Part shown: piece by piece, positions 48,529 to 59,475 of the stretch
Layout: every line of letters begins with the position of its first letter
How positions within the stretch are numbered: position 1 is the first letter of the stretch
Notes under the pieces: generated by a model
Database searches by the model: none
Told to the model about the DNA's origin: nothing
Seen by the model: the letters and a program-made list of their open reading frames with translations, nothing else
Made by a program: the position numbers and the translations under genes
DNA from: Nitrospirales bacterium
GTDB taxonomy: Bacteria > Nitrospirota > Nitrospiria > Nitrospirales > UBA8639
NCBI GenBank assembly: GCA_965223295.1
Contig: CBDCWC010000002.1
Coordinates: forward strand, 480,001 to 544,000
Reading direction: 5' to 3'
Length of the DNA stretch: 64,000 nt

Positions 48529-49635
48529 ATGGTGATTGGCGTTCCCAAAGAAATTAAAGATCATGAATTTCGAGTGGCCCTGACCCCTTCAGGGGTGAAG
48601 GAGCTCTGTGGACGAGGTCACCGTGTGGTTGTACAACAAGAGGCTGGAGTTGGGAGTGGCTTTGAGGATCGGGCATATCATGAAGCAGGGGCTGTGATGG
48701 TATCCACCGCTCAAGAGGTCTTTGGGGCGGCACAGCTTATTGTGAAGGTGAAGGAGCCTCAGCCCGAAGAGGTCCTATTGTTGAAAAGTCATCATGTGGT
48801 ATTTACCTATCTGCATTTGGCTGCATCAAAAGTTCTGACTGAAAGCCTGTTAAGGAGCGGGTGTACAGCCATTGCGTATGAAACGACAGAAGATAAACAA
48901 GGCCAATTCCCGCTGTTGCGACCGATGAGTGAAATTGCCGGTCGGATGTCAGTACAAATCGGCGCTCATTTTCTGGAAAAATTGCAGGGTGGCTCAGGGA
49001 CCATGTTAGGAGGCGTTCCTGGTGTTCCGCCAGGAGAAGTCCTGGTCCTTGGCTCAGGCGTTGTGGGGTCTTCGGCCATTGCAATTGCGGTCGGCATGGG
49101 AGCCAGGGTCACGGTGTTAAGCCTGGATCTCTGGCAGATGCGGGCGTTGGATGCGCAATACCAGAATCGTATCGTGACTGTGGCGTCCACTCAAGCCATG
49201 ATACATGAGTATCTCAGACGTGCGGATTTGGTGATAGGGTCGGTCTACTTACCAGCAGCACGAACACCTCGAGTGATTACGCGATCGATGGTTGCAGATA
49301 TGAAGCCGGGTTCTGTCCTTGTCGATGTCTCTGTCGATCAAGGCGGTTGCGCGGAGACCACTCGTCCGACGACTCATACCGATCCTGTTTTTGTAGTTGA
49401 TGGTGTGCTTCATTATGCCGTTTCGAATATTCCGGGTATTGTCCCCTATACCTCTACCCTAGCCTTGACCAACGCCACGCTTCCTTTTATAGTCCAGCTG
49501 GTTGAAGGAGGGTTGGAAGAGGCGATTAAGGCCAATAAAGGCTTGCGCAAAGGCGTCAGTATCTTTAAAGGCCAATTAACCTGCCAAGCTGTTGCTGAAA
49601 CACATGGATTGGCTGCGCAGTCTCTGATCCTCTAA
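48529..49635 (+). CDS. ald: Alanine dehydrogenase
   Basis: IGVPKEIK, KVKEP, FTYLHLA, PMSEIAG, DQGGC; AAGGAG RBS. Confidence 0.96.
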   Translation: MVIGVPKEIKDHEFRVALTPSGVKELCGRGHRVVVQQEAGVGSGFEDRAYHEAGAVMVSTAQEVFGAAQLIVKVKEPQPEEVLLLKSHHVVFTYLHLAASKVLTESLLRSGCTAIAYETTEDKQGQFPLLRPMSEIAGRMSVQIGAHFLEKLQGGSGTMLGGVPGVPPGEVLVLGSGVVGSSAIAIAVGMGARVTVLSLDLWQMRALDAQYQNRIVTVASTQAMIHEYLRRADLVIGSVYLPAARTPRVITRSMVADMKPGSVLVDVSVDQGGCAETTRPTTHTDPVFVVDGVLHYAVSNIPGIVPYTSTLALTNATLPFIVQLVEGGLEEAIKANKGLRKGVSIFKGQLTCQAVAETHGLAAQSLIL

Positions 49636-49666
49636 ATTCATCTGAGTTCATTGGTATGGCAGTGAT

Positions 49667-49744
<78 letters not shown>

Positions 49745-49826
49745 TTCACCTTCCCGTTATTTGCTCGTTCTTCAGAGTGGGTTTCATTTTTTTTCATTCA
49801 ATACATACATAGATTCCAGAAATGCG

Positions 49827-50477
49827 ATGAATGAACTTGGCTTCATCATGAGCGGTGTGAGTTTGCTCGTTGCTATCGTGGCATGCTGGCTAACCTGGCG
49901 ATTGCGGCGAGAGTTATCTGATAGTAAACGAGAACGGTATTATTTGGAGCAAAAAGTCAAATCGCTGATTGCTCACATTGAATCGACCGTCGAGACGTTG
50001 CGGATTCAGACTGCACTGTTAGCTCAGGGGAAGAATGTGTCTCATTGTCTCATTCGGTCGGGCCAGTTGTATCATGAAATTTCTGCGAACGAGGCCAAAG
50101 AGTTCTTAACGAAGTCTTCGCAGTCTGAACACGTTCTATGGCTGGATGTTCGTACGACGGCTGAGTTTTCTCAACGGCATATTGCTGGAGCTATCGTCAT
50201 TCCTATTGAAGAATTGGAGACGCGTTATCGAACAGAAATTTCGCCAGCGATTGAAAAAATTGTGGTTTATTGTGTGGGTGGGGATCGAAGCCGGCTCGCA
50301 TGTGATTTTTTAAGCCGACATGATTTTTGCAATGTGTATTATATGAAAGATGGGTTACAAGCCTGGACAGGGCCTACCGAAGGCAATGAACCCAGGGGAT
50401 TGATTCAGATAACGTCAAAGGCACGGGCTTCAGCTCATGTCGGCGAGACCATATCCTCATCGGCTCATTCGATTTGA
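49827..50477 (+). CDS. Membrane-anchored rhodanese-like protein
   Basis: TM helix, coiled coil, LDVRT..EF..HIAGA, VYCVGGDRS. Confidence 0.85.
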   Translation: MNELGFIMSGVSLLVAIVACWLTWRLRRELSDSKRERYYLEQKVKSLIAHIESTVETLRIQTALLAQGKNVSHCLIRSGQLYHEISANEAKEFLTKSSQSEHVLWLDVRTTAEFSQRHIAGAIVIPIEELETRYRTEISPAIEKIVVYCVGGDRSRLACDFLSRHDFCNVYYMKDGLQAWTGPTEGNEPRGLIQITSKARASAHVGETISSSAHSI

Positions 50478-50496
50478 CAGGAGATCATTCAGTTCC

Positions 50497-50907
50497 ATGC
50501 CATCGGACTTAATTATTTTAAATGTGATGGGTCCCTATCGAGAGCCGAAGGAGCCTGCGTTCTCGTATGATTATTCAGTGCAACGACCAGATTGGGCGAC
50601 ACCCCAAGGTGTGAGAATTAAAGTTTCCATTGAACATGAGTTGGACTATCTCAAGAACAAGATTCTTAATCTTTCCGGAGGTTCGGTTGGCCAACAGCTT
50701 CGCTGCAATCAGTTGCTTGTACGAGCCATTGCTGATCAGAAACTAGAAATAGTGGATACGGATGGGCAATTGGCTGAACGCTTAGATGTGATGATTGGGC
50801 CGTTTCAAGGGGATTCTTTCGCTCATCTTTTTGGACAATTAGAGCAATGGATGAAGACTGAAAAAGAATCATTAAGGCAATCGATAAAAGATCAAATCGG
50901 GATCTGA
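50497..50907 (+). CDS. Hypothetical protein
   Basis: AGGAG RBS before ATG 50497; operonic position. Confidence 0.65.
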   Translation: MPSDLIILNVMGPYREPKEPAFSYDYSVQRPDWATPQGVRIKVSIEHELDYLKNKILNLSGGSVGQQLRCNQLLVRAIADQKLEIVDTDGQLAERLDVMIGPFQGDSFAHLFGQLEQWMKTEKESLRQSIKDQIGI

Positions 50908-50977
50908 TTAGTTTCTTGGTCAGGTTGTCTTCTTCAGTATCTTTATAAAGTGATCATGTGTTTTCCTGACACTATTC

Positions 50978-51604
50978 TTAAAATACCCGCTGATACCGTT
51001 TAGAATAGACGCCCGTTTCGTCTTCTCCAAATCCAATAGAAGCCTGCTCGGGTTTTGTCTTGTTATACAAATCAATAGCGTAATGTCCACGAACTTGTTC
51101 CATGGCGACTTCATAGGGAATGGAGCTGGGGTAAAATTCGCCAGGGGCATGGGCTCCTCGACTTAAGGATTTCGCTGACTCCTGATTGGCATACTGTTTT
51201 TCTGAAAAAATATAAATGTCAGCGATAGCAAAAGGGCTCAGTTTATCTTCTGGCGTCGTGGCAGGAATGAGTTCCTCAAGCGTCTCATCAAGACGAGCTT
51301 TCTGAAATGATTGCAAAAGAGCAATAATTTGACTGTCGGTTGTCGCGGAAGGGACGAGTATGGTTACCGCGTTCATGCCCACCACAGTATCCGTCACGGT
51401 AAAGCTAGGAATGAGATCACTGGAAACAATCCCAGGCAAAGGCCCCTTCGCAGAAGGCGAGGCGCCTTGTCGATGAGCCGGAATATCCTTCGATTTAGGG
51501 ATAATCAAGCTAATGAATAACCAAAGCCCAAAGATGACTCCAAAGACGACAATAATCGGATGAATGCCGACTCGACGTCCCTCTGTTGGTTTCTCCTCAT
51601 TCAT
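50978..51604 (-). CDS. Hypothetical single-TM protein
   Basis: N-terminal TM helix; ATGA overlap with mazG. Confidence 0.7.
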   Translation of the reverse strand: MNEEKPTEGRRVGIHPIIVVFGVIFGLWLFISLIIPKSKDIPAHRQGASPSAKGPLPGIVSSDLIPSFTVTDTVVGMNAVTILVPSATTDSQIIALLQSFQKARLDETLEELIPATTPEDKLSPFAIADIYIFSEKQYANQESAKSLSRGAHAPGEFYPSSIPYEVAMEQVRGHYAIDLYNKTKPEQASIGFGEDETGVYSKRYQRVF

Positions 51605-52518
51605 GGTGTTGGGTGATGGCTAGATCGTATTTGGCTTGATGCTGCGCTTTCTTGACGCTTGGCCGCTTCCCACCATTCATCAAGTTTCTCTAGAGGAAAA
51701 TCGTTGAGTGGTTTGCCATGTTTGGTCGCTTGTGATTCGATATAGTGAAAACGCGCAACAAATTTATTAGTGGCTTTTCGCAGAGCTTCTTCTGGATTAA
51801 TTTGAAGAAACCTCGAGATATTGACGAGTGAAAATAGTACATCTCCGAGCTCTTCCTCGATGTGCAAATCTGACTGCTTGGTTGTCAGAGACATTTGAAA
51901 CCGGTTTAGCGACTTAGATGTGCGTGTGGTGGCATCATAGAGTTCATCAAGTTCTTCTTTCAATTTGTAAAGAACCGGCTCAATCGTGTTCCAATCAAAG
52001 CCTACTTTGGAAGCCCGTTTTTGTACCAGAAAGGCCCGTTGAAGCGCTGGCGATGCTTTGGGAATTGAGGCTAAAACCGACGATGGTCCCTCTTGCTGAA
52101 CTTTTTCTTGCTGCTTTAATTGTTCCCATTGGCTGACAACCTGGCCCGACGTTGTCGGTGACTGATGCTTGTGTTTCTGGAAAACATGAGGGTGTCGACG
52201 AATAAGTTTTTCGCCCAAGTTCGTCTTGACCTCCTGATAGGAAAAGTGGCCTTGTTCTTCAGCAATTTGGCTGTGGAAGAGAATCTGGAGTAGAAGATCG
52301 CCTAACTCTTCTTTTAAAGCAGAGGGATCATTAGTATCAATGGCTTCGAGGACTTCATAAACTTCTTCTAATAAAAAAGGTTTTAAGGACTGGGTGGTTT
52401 GTTCCCGATCCCAGGGGCAGCCTTCTGGGCCTCGCAATTTAGCCACGATGGCCACGACATCAGTGGCCGGCGGCGTGTGCGGGTTGGGCACAGGAGCTTC
52501 AGGAGATTCGGTGTTCAT
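51601..52518 (-). CDS. mazG: Nucleoside triphosphate pyrophosphohydrolase MazG
   Basis: GCPWDREQT, EELGDLLLQ, RRHPHVF, GFDW. Start uncertain. Confidence 0.93.
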   Translation of the reverse strand: MNTESPEAPVPNPHTPPATDVVAIVAKLRGPEGCPWDREQTTQSLKPFLLEEVYEVLEAIDTNDPSALKEELGDLLLQILFHSQIAEEQGHFSYQEVKTNLGEKLIRRHPHVFQKHKHQSPTTSGQVVSQWEQLKQQEKVQQEGPSSVLASIPKASPALQRAFLVQKRASKVGFDWNTIEPVLYKLKEELDELYDATTRTSKSLNRFQMSLTTKQSDLHIEEELGDVLFSLVNISRFLQINPEEALRKATNKFVARFHYIESQATKHGKPLNDFPLEKLDEWWEAAKRQESAASSQIRSSHHPTP

Positions 52519-52654
52519 AAAAATAGGTTTTTCAAAGGCATCTGGTGTGAATATCGAGAGTATTATACTAATTTGGTCTTTCCTTGTAATCTCTGGATTC
52601 TTGATAGCCATGCCCTGATAATGATACTGTTTTCCTCTACTGGGAGGTTCGAGG

Positions 52655-53077
52655 ATGAGTGAAGAAGAGCAAGGCTTTGTAATTCGGGATAAACGGGGGC
52701 GTTCTTCGGCATCGGAAGAATCGGCCGAGCCGACGGCTCAACCGTCTTTAGGTCCTGAACCATCAGCGCCATCACCGTCTTCTGATGATTCTGTTCCTCC
52801 TTCTCCTCCGCTGACGTTTTCATCGTTCGTTTTTTCGCTTGGGACTTCTTCTTTAATGCTCATGGGCGAGTCTTTGGATCCTCTACAACCATCGCCACCA
52901 GTCAATTTGCCTCAAGCCAAGGAAATTATTGATATCCTCTCGATGCTTGAAGAAAAAACAAAGGGAAATCTCACGTCTGAAGAAGGATCCGTTATAGGGG
53001 ACATGTTGTATACCTTGCGGATGAAATATGTTAGTGCCACATCTGGTCAAGCCAACAAGGTTTCGCCGTTGTCTTGA
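52655..53077 (+). CDS. DUF1844-family protein
   Basis: FVIRDKR N-terminus; AKEIIDILSMLEEKTKGNLT..E. Confidence 0.8.
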   Translation: MSEEEQGFVIRDKRGRSSASEESAEPTAQPSLGPEPSAPSPSSDDSVPPSPPLTFSSFVFSLGTSSLMLMGESLDPLQPSPPVNLPQAKEIIDILSMLEEKTKGNLTSEEGSVIGDMLYTLRMKYVSATSGQANKVSPLS

Positions 53078-53218
53078 ACGCCGTCTTTCAAGCGCACACG
53101 CCTCGCTCCCTAAGCATGTTTTCAAAAGGGAAAGGGCGCCAGTCGACGCCCAACCCCTCACATTTCCTTGCGAAGTCCTCAACCTTGAGGAATAATGGAT
53201 CTGTTCCCTAGTTTTTGA

Positions 53219-55558
53219 ATGTTTCACAGGCAAGTCTCCGTGAATCTGATCTCTGAACATTTGCCAGAATCTCGGAAATTCCCACGAGCCAAACCGGCTG
53301 TGGAATCGCCAGCGGACAACTCATCCAAAACAGAATCAGCGCAAAAACGTCAACGGCGTCATTATATGCCGGTTTGGATTGTTCTGGTTCTCCTGCTGCC
53401 GTGTATTGCTTTGACCATTTATTATGCGCGGTATGGCCTCTCGGGCCCACTGCTTCCTGATTCGATCCTTCCGAGTCCTAGTTATGCTTTAGTACTCTTT
53501 CTTGTCTATTTAGATAGCGTGGGTTTGGTTGTGCTCACGCTCTTGCTCTCCCGCAATTTAATCCGGGCCTTTTTTGAAAAACGGAATAAGTTATTAGGGT
53601 CAGGGTTTCGATCAAAATTAGTGGCAGCGTTTATTGGATTTGCTCTGATCCCTACGGTCCTCCTCGCCCTGGTAGCCAGCGGAGTGATTAGTGAAGTGAT
53701 TGATGTGTGGTTTAGCGATCAAGTTATGCATGTGTTGCGAGATTCCGAAGATGTTGCACATTTATACCAAGAGGAACGAGAAGCCTTAGCCTCTGACACG
53801 GCTCGGGTCATTAGCAAAGAAATTTTTCGAGAGGATATTTTACGGCCTGAACATCGTGAATTGCTAAAATCCGTCTTGGTCAGGATGCAACATGAATATC
53901 ATCTAGCAGGAGTCGAAGTATTTTCTCCGAAAATGGAAACCCTGGCACGAAAGATGGATCCTCAGTTATCTGATGCGGTCTTGAGTTTGCCGGTTGGACA
54001 ATTGGTCTTGCAAGTGTTGGATAGAGGAAAAGCGCAGACTTCGGCACAGGAAGCCCCGGTTGGAAAATTGATTCGTGCGGCGGCTCCAATCATGGGCACT
54101 GGGAGGGGTGCGCAAGTACGTGGTGTGGTAGTCGTGTCGTCCTATGTGCCTGAATCACTATTGCGAAAAATGGATGCGATTGCTAAGCAATTTGACGAGT
54201 ACCGTCAGATTAAATCCATGAAAACTCCCATTAAGGGGGGGGCGTATCTTTTTGTCGGGGTTGTCACCTTGCTCATTTTATTTGGCGCAACATGGTTTGG
54301 GTTTTATGTGGCTCGGGGTATTACCGTACCCATTCAACGCTTAGCCGAAGGAACCGAAGCGATTGCCAAAGGACATTTAGATATTAATATTGATGTGAAA
54401 GCCACAGATGAAATCGGTACGCTGGTCCAATCGTTTAATCGCATGACCACGGATTTGCGCACGAATAAATCGCGGTTAGAGGAAATGAACTTATCGCTGA
54501 TTCAGTCAAATGTGGAAATTGACCAACGCCGGGCCTATACCGAAGCCGTCGTAGAAACGATTGCCGCAGGGGTCTTGTCTATTGATATGTCTGGACTGAT
54601 TACCAGATTTAATCCGTCCGGCGAACGTATTCTTGGCGTTCAAGGAGAGGAGTTGCGTGGGCGGCCTGTTTATGAAGCCTTTAAGCAATTTAATTTGTAT
54701 TTGTTTCAGAAGGCTTATGACCAAATGCTTGTGGAAGAAACGGATAGTTTGTCGATGGAAGGGCAGATGGAAACCCCCAATGGACGGCTCTTGACCTTAG
54801 GCCTCAGTATTTCCAGAATGCAAAACGAAGCAGGCGAGAACTTAGGGTTTGTGTTTGTGTTTGAAGATCGCACGGAGTTCATCAAGGCCCAAAAAACCGC
54901 CGCTTGGCAGGAAGTGGCTCAACGGATTGCCCATGAAATTAAAAATCCGTTGACGCCCATTCAATTGTCTGCTCAGAGGTTGCGTAAAAAGTTTTTTGAA
55001 AAATCGGCAGGCTTTGAAGAAATATTTGATCAGTCTACCGGTGTCATCATCAATGAAGTGACGAGCTTAAAAGGCATGGTCGATGAATTTTCGAAGTATG
55101 CCCGTATGCCGTTGCCTCAAATGTCCCGGCAATCATTGCATGACATTATTCAGAAAGTGATCTCTCTCTATACTGGAGCGCACCGTGATGTAAAATTTGT
55201 CGTGGAATTTGATGAAGGGCTTCCTGATTTGAATTGTGACCCTGAGCAGATGCGGCGGGTCTTTGTGAATCTCTTTGATAACGCTATTCAGGCTATTAAC
55301 GATCGAGGGCATGTTTGGGTGACGACTAAGGCAGATTGGCGGCGGCATCGTGCTATTGTGCACGTAGCTGATGATGGCATCGGTATTCAATCGGACGACC
55401 AAGAAAAGTTATTTGTGCCCTATTTTTCTAAGAAACGAACTGGGACTGGGCTGGGTTTAGCCATTGTGCATCGTATTATTTCTGATCACAATGGCACGAT
55501 CCATGCCGAAAATAATCATCCACAGGGTGCGCTATTTCGGTTTGACTTGCCTTTGTGA
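53219..55558 (+). CDS. ntrY: NtrY-like sensor histidine kinase (HAMP-PAS-HisKA-HATPase)
   Basis: KLVAAF..FALIPT, AAWQEVAQRIAHEIKNPLTPIQLSAQRL. Start uncertain. Confidence 0.85.
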   Translation: MFHRQVSVNLISEHLPESRKFPRAKPAVESPADNSSKTESAQKRQRRHYMPVWIVLVLLLPCIALTIYYARYGLSGPLLPDSILPSPSYALVLFLVYLDSVGLVVLTLLLSRNLIRAFFEKRNKLLGSGFRSKLVAAFIGFALIPTVLLALVASGVISEVIDVWFSDQVMHVLRDSEDVAHLYQEEREALASDTARVISKEIFREDILRPEHRELLKSVLVRMQHEYHLAGVEVFSPKMETLARKMDPQLSDAVLSLPVGQLVLQVLDRGKAQTSAQEAPVGKLIRAAAPIMGTGRGAQVRGVVVVSSYVPESLLRKMDAIAKQFDEYRQIKSMKTPIKGGAYLFVGVVTLLILFGATWFGFYVARGITVPIQRLAEGTEAIAKGHLDINIDVKATDEIGTLVQSFNRMTTDLRTNKSRLEEMNLSLIQSNVEIDQRRAYTEAVVETIAAGVLSIDMSGLITRFNPSGERILGVQGEELRGRPVYEAFKQFNLYLFQKAYDQMLVEETDSLSMEGQMETPNGRLLTLGLSISRMQNEAGENLGFVFVFEDRTEFIKAQKTAAWQEVAQRIAHEIKNPLTPIQLSAQRLRKKFFEKSAGFEEIFDQSTGVIINEVTSLKGMVDEFSKYARMPLPQMSRQSLHDIIQKVISLYTGAHRDVKFVVEFDEGLPDLNCDPEQMRRVFVNLFDNAIQAINDRGHVWVTTKADWRRHRAIVHVADDGIGIQSDDQEKLFVPYFSKKRTGTGLGLAIVHRIISDHNGTIHAENNHPQGALFRFDLPL

Positions 55559-55658
55559 TACAGGCGGTTGTTCTTGGCTGAGCAGTGCCTGAATCGAGGA
55601 GGTTGAGCTTGCATGTGGCTATGAAATTCCTATTCATGCCTTTGATGAAGGAGGTCTA

Positions 55659-57032
55659 GTGGCAGAATCAATTTGTATTGTCGATGATGAACCAGCCATT
55701 TTACATTCCCTGAGTAATATTCTTGAAGACGAAGGGTATCAGGTTATTGTCGCCACCAATGGGGTTGAAGCCATGAAAGTTGTCCGCAGCGACTCTCCGG
55801 ATCTGGTCATTCTGGATATTTGGATGCCGGAGATGGATGGCTTAGAAACATTGAAGCGATTGCGTTCTCAGCATCCTGGGATACTTGTTGTCATGATGTC
55901 TGGCCATGGTTCCATTGAGACTGCCGTCAAAGCGACCAAATTAGGTGCCTATGATTATTTGGAAAAACCGTTAGATTTAGAAAAAGTGACTATTTTCGTC
56001 CGTAATGCTTTGCACCAAAGGAAACTGGAAGAAGAAAATCTCAATCTTCGTATTCAAGTAGAACGACGGTTTGAGTTGGTCGGGTCTTCCCCAACGATGA
56101 ATCGTCTTCGAGACATGATTGAGATGGCAGCCCCGGCCAACAGCCGGGTCTTAATTTCCGGAGCCAATGGGACAGGGAAGGAACTTGTGGCCCGTGCAAT
56201 TCATTTGCAAAGTCCACGGCACAATCGTCCGTTTGTTGAAATTAATTGTGCGGCCATTCCGGAAACCTTGATTGAAAGTGAATTGTTCGGCCATGAAAAA
56301 GGCGCGTTTAGCGGCGCGACTGCGATGAAGCGTGGTAAGTTTGAATTGGCTGACGGCGGTACATTATTTTTGGATGAAATTGGCGATATGAGTTTAGCCA
56401 CACAAGCCAAAGTCTTGCGAGTGCTACAGGAACAACAATTTACGCGGGTAGGTGGGACCAAATTGTTAAATGTCCAAGTCCGCGTCATTGCGGCATCAAA
56501 TAAAGATTTGGCTGAAGAAATCGGCAAAGGCAATTTTCGAGAGGATTTGTATTATCGACTGAATGTACTGCCCATTGTTGTGCCGCCCCTCAAAGAACGA
56601 CGTGAAGATATTCCCGCTCTTGCGCAACATTTTCTCAAAATGCATTCTGAGGAACAGGGGATGAAGCCTAAAGAGTTTAATGCCCAAGGCCTGGAAGCTC
56701 TTGCACGACATGATTGGCCTGGGAATATTCGAGAACTTCGTAATCTAATTGAGCGTTTGTTGATCATGGTGCCAAAGCCGGTCATTGATGCCCCAGACGT
56801 GGAAATGTTTTTGCAAGGTCGAGCGTCCAGTGGTGTGCCAGCGCTGTCCGTTGGCACGAACTTTGATTCTCTTCGAGAAGCCAGAAATGTATTTGAGCGG
56901 GAAGTGATTTCTCAAAAGCTGAGAGAAAATAATTGGAATGTCTCGAAGACTGCTGATGAGTTGAAAATTGAACGTAGCCATTTACACCGAAAGATCAAGC
57001 TTCTCAATGTCGAACTCCGGCCTGAACATTAA
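55659..57032 (+). CDS. ntrX: NtrX-like sigma54-dependent response regulator
   Basis: LDIWMP receiver, SRVLISG.NGTGKE, GAFSGA, FREDLYYRLNV, C-terminal HTH. Confidence 0.88.
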   Translation: MAESICIVDDEPAILHSLSNILEDEGYQVIVATNGVEAMKVVRSDSPDLVILDIWMPEMDGLETLKRLRSQHPGILVVMMSGHGSIETAVKATKLGAYDYLEKPLDLEKVTIFVRNALHQRKLEEENLNLRIQVERRFELVGSSPTMNRLRDMIEMAAPANSRVLISGANGTGKELVARAIHLQSPRHNRPFVEINCAAIPETLIESELFGHEKGAFSGATAMKRGKFELADGGTLFLDEIGDMSLATQAKVLRVLQEQQFTRVGGTKLLNVQVRVIAASNKDLAEEIGKGNFREDLYYRLNVLPIVVPPLKERREDIPALAQHFLKMHSEEQGMKPKEFNAQGLEALARHDWPGNIRELRNLIERLLIMVPKPVIDAPDVEMFLQGRASSGVPALSVGTNFDSLREARNVFEREVISQKLRENNWNVSKTADELKIERSHLHRKIKLLNVELRPEH

Positions 57033-58416
57033 GCCTTATAGCTCTCACTTGTCTTCAGAATCTCTAGCGCCTGGATCAATCCAATCCCTCCATATTGAAA
57101 AATTGGTCGCTGGCGGATTCAGCCTTGGACGTTTGAATGGTCACGTGGTGTTATGTGATGGAGGCATTCCTGGTGAAACTATTCAAACTGAGATTTTGCA
57201 CAGGCGAAAAGGAGTGACTCAGGGGAAAATTCTCGCAGTTCAAGAGTCGGCAGAAAGCCGGGTGTTACCTGTCTGTCCGCTTGTTGATCGATGTGGGGGA
57301 TGCCAGCTTCAGCATGTGCAGTATGAGGAGCAGATTGCTCAAAAGCGGTTAATTTTAGAAGATAGCCTCCGTCGTATTGGGAAGATTTCTGATTTCTCAA
57401 TTTCATCAGTCGTTCCATCTCCTCAAGCTTATGGCTATCGGCAAGTCCTTCGTATGGGAATAGGGGAGGGGCCTGATGGTGCTTTTTTAGGATTTTTTGA
57501 ATCGGGAACTCAACAACTGTTATCTGTTGAGACCTGTTTTCTGGTCAATGAAAAAGTTCGAGCTGTTCTTGATGCTGTCCGCTCAAGGCTTTGCTCTATG
57601 GGTATTAAGGAAATGAATTTGGAAAGTGTGGAAATTCGGTGGTCGTCAATGGATGGAAATGGATTGTTGATCTTTCGTGGACAGCCAATGGCAAAAGATC
57701 ATGTTGAACGTCTGCTGAATACCTGCGCAGACATTTCCAACATTAAAGGGTGGATCTATGAATCTGTAAAAACGGAACAAAATGGAAAGCGAGGGAAGAG
57801 GAACGAGCCAATTGTAAAGGGCATTGACCATCTATGGGAAGACTTTCGAGGGATACGTCTCAAGTTAGGGTTTCGATCATTTATGCAAGCTAACTGGCCA
57901 TGCTTTCAATTGGTAGGCAAAACTATCGTGGAATGGTTGGGAAAAAACTTAAAAAGTCAACGGATATTAGAGTTATATGCGGGCACGGGGCCGTTAGGTC
58001 TCCTGTTAGCCAAACAGGGTGCCCATGTGACCTGTGTGGAAGGTAATCCCTTTGCTATGCATGATGCTCGCGAGTCAATACGTGTCAATAAGATTGGCGG
58101 ATGTCGCGTGAAGATTAGCTCGGTTGAATCCTATCTGCTCACTGTGCAATCCGGTTTCTACGATGTTATCCTTCTCGATCCTCCGCGTTCAGGGCTTACT
58201 CTGAACGTTCTCGAGCTGTTAGGAGCGTTGAAAGTTCCGAGATTGCTCTATCTGTCTTGTGATGCGCCGACATTAGCCAGGGACATCAAGGCGTTCTGTG
58301 AAAAGGGCTATGAGGTTCAGCGGATACGGCCCTTCGATATGTTTCCCCAAACAGCGCATCTAGAGGCGTTAGTGGAATTAAAAATTTCGCAACCTTCAAC
58401 TAGCCCCAAGCAGTAA
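57007..58416 (+). CDS. rlmD: 23S rRNA m5U methyltransferase (RlmD/TrmA family)
   Basis: TRAM domain, C..CGGC, SFMQAN, LDPPRSG, YLSC, DMFPQTAHLE. Start uncertain. Confidence 0.85.
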   Translation: MSNSGLNIKPYSSHLSSESLAPGSIQSLHIEKLVAGGFSLGRLNGHVVLCDGGIPGETIQTEILHRRKGVTQGKILAVQESAESRVLPVCPLVDRCGGCQLQHVQYEEQIAQKRLILEDSLRRIGKISDFSISSVVPSPQAYGYRQVLRMGIGEGPDGAFLGFFESGTQQLLSVETCFLVNEKVRAVLDAVRSRLCSMGIKEMNLESVEIRWSSMDGNGLLIFRGQPMAKDHVERLLNTCADISNIKGWIYESVKTEQNGKRGKRNEPIVKGIDHLWEDFRGIRLKLGFRSFMQANWPCFQLVGKTIVEWLGKNLKSQRILELYAGTGPLGLLLAKQGAHVTCVEGNPFAMHDARESIRVNKIGGCRVKISSVESYLLTVQSGFYDVILLDPPRSGLTLNVLELLGALKVPRLLYLSCDAPTLARDIKAFCEKGYEVQRIRPFDMFPQTAHLEALVELKISQPSTSPKQ

Positions 58417-58428
58417 CAAGGATTCGTC

Positions 58429-59466
58429 ATGACGACCTATCGTGATGCGGGTGTCGATATTCAACGAGGCGACGAATTTGTCAAGCGTATCGGGCCACTC
58501 GTGCGGTCGACATTTCGTCCAGAGGTCTTAGGAGATGTGGGTGGATTTGGAGGCCTATTTCGATTCCCCTCGGGTCGCTATCGTGAGCCGATTTTGGTAT
58601 CTGGAACTGATGGGGCTGGGACAAAAGTAAAACTAGCCCAGATGATGAACCAGCATGACACCATTGGCATTGATCTCGTGGCCATGTGTGTGAACGATAT
58701 TCTGGTGAGTGGTGCAGAACCGCTCTTTTTCTTAGATTATTTAGCTACTGGACATTTGCAAATTGAAGTTGCTGAAGCGCTGGTTCAAGGTATTGCTGAG
58801 GGTTGCCGGCAAGCTGGATGTGCATTGATTGGCGGAGAAACCGCAGAAATGCCTTCGTGCTATCCGGAAGGGGAATATGATCTGGCTGGTTTTGCCGTTG
58901 GTGTCGTTGAAGGTTCCGACATGTTGGGAAAAGAGAAAGTCAGGCCTGGCGATGTGGTGATTGGAGTGGCATCCAGCGGTATTCATAGTAATGGATATTC
59001 TTTGGCGCGAAGAGTCTTATTTGACGAACAAGGGTGGACTCCTGAAAAAAAAGTGGCAGATCTCTCAGAGTTGCTAGGAGAAGCGCTACTTCGGCCTACC
59101 ACGATTTACGTCAAGTTGGTGAAGGCGTTATTGGCCAAGTGCCAATTGCATGGGCTTGCGCATATTACCGGCGGGGGCATTACAGGAAATTTGCCTCGTA
59201 TCATTCCTAATGATTGTTGTGCTGTGATTGATCGCTCAAGTTGGCAACCGCCCCCGCTTTTCAATGTGATTCAACAGGCGGGGAAAATCGATCAAGAAGA
59301 AATGTACAACGTCTTCAACATGGGTGTTGGTCTCACAATCATCGCTCACCCGGATGAAATTGGCCAGATCTTGGACGCGACACAAGGGCAAGGGATTGCC
59401 GGGTGGGTGATGGGGGAAATTGGTCCCTCGCATTCTTCTAAATCCCAACTTGTCTATTCATCTTAG
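58429..59466 (+). CDS. purM: Phosphoribosylformylglycinamidine cyclo-ligase
   Basis: TYRDAGVDI, GGETAEMP, HSNGYS, HITGGG, FNMG. Confidence 0.97.
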   Translation: MTTYRDAGVDIQRGDEFVKRIGPLVRSTFRPEVLGDVGGFGGLFRFPSGRYREPILVSGTDGAGTKVKLAQMMNQHDTIGIDLVAMCVNDILVSGAEPLFFLDYLATGHLQIEVAEALVQGIAEGCRQAGCALIGGETAEMPSCYPEGEYDLAGFAVGVVEGSDMLGKEKVRPGDVVIGVASSGIHSNGYSLARRVLFDEQGWTPEKKVADLSELLGEALLRPTTIYVKLVKALLAKCQLHGLAHITGGGITGNLPRIIPNDCCAVIDRSSWQPPPLFNVIQQAGKIDQEEMYNVFNMGVGLTIIAHPDEIGQILDATQGQGIAGWVMGEIGPSHSSKSQLVYSS

Positions 59467-59475
59467 AAAGTTGCA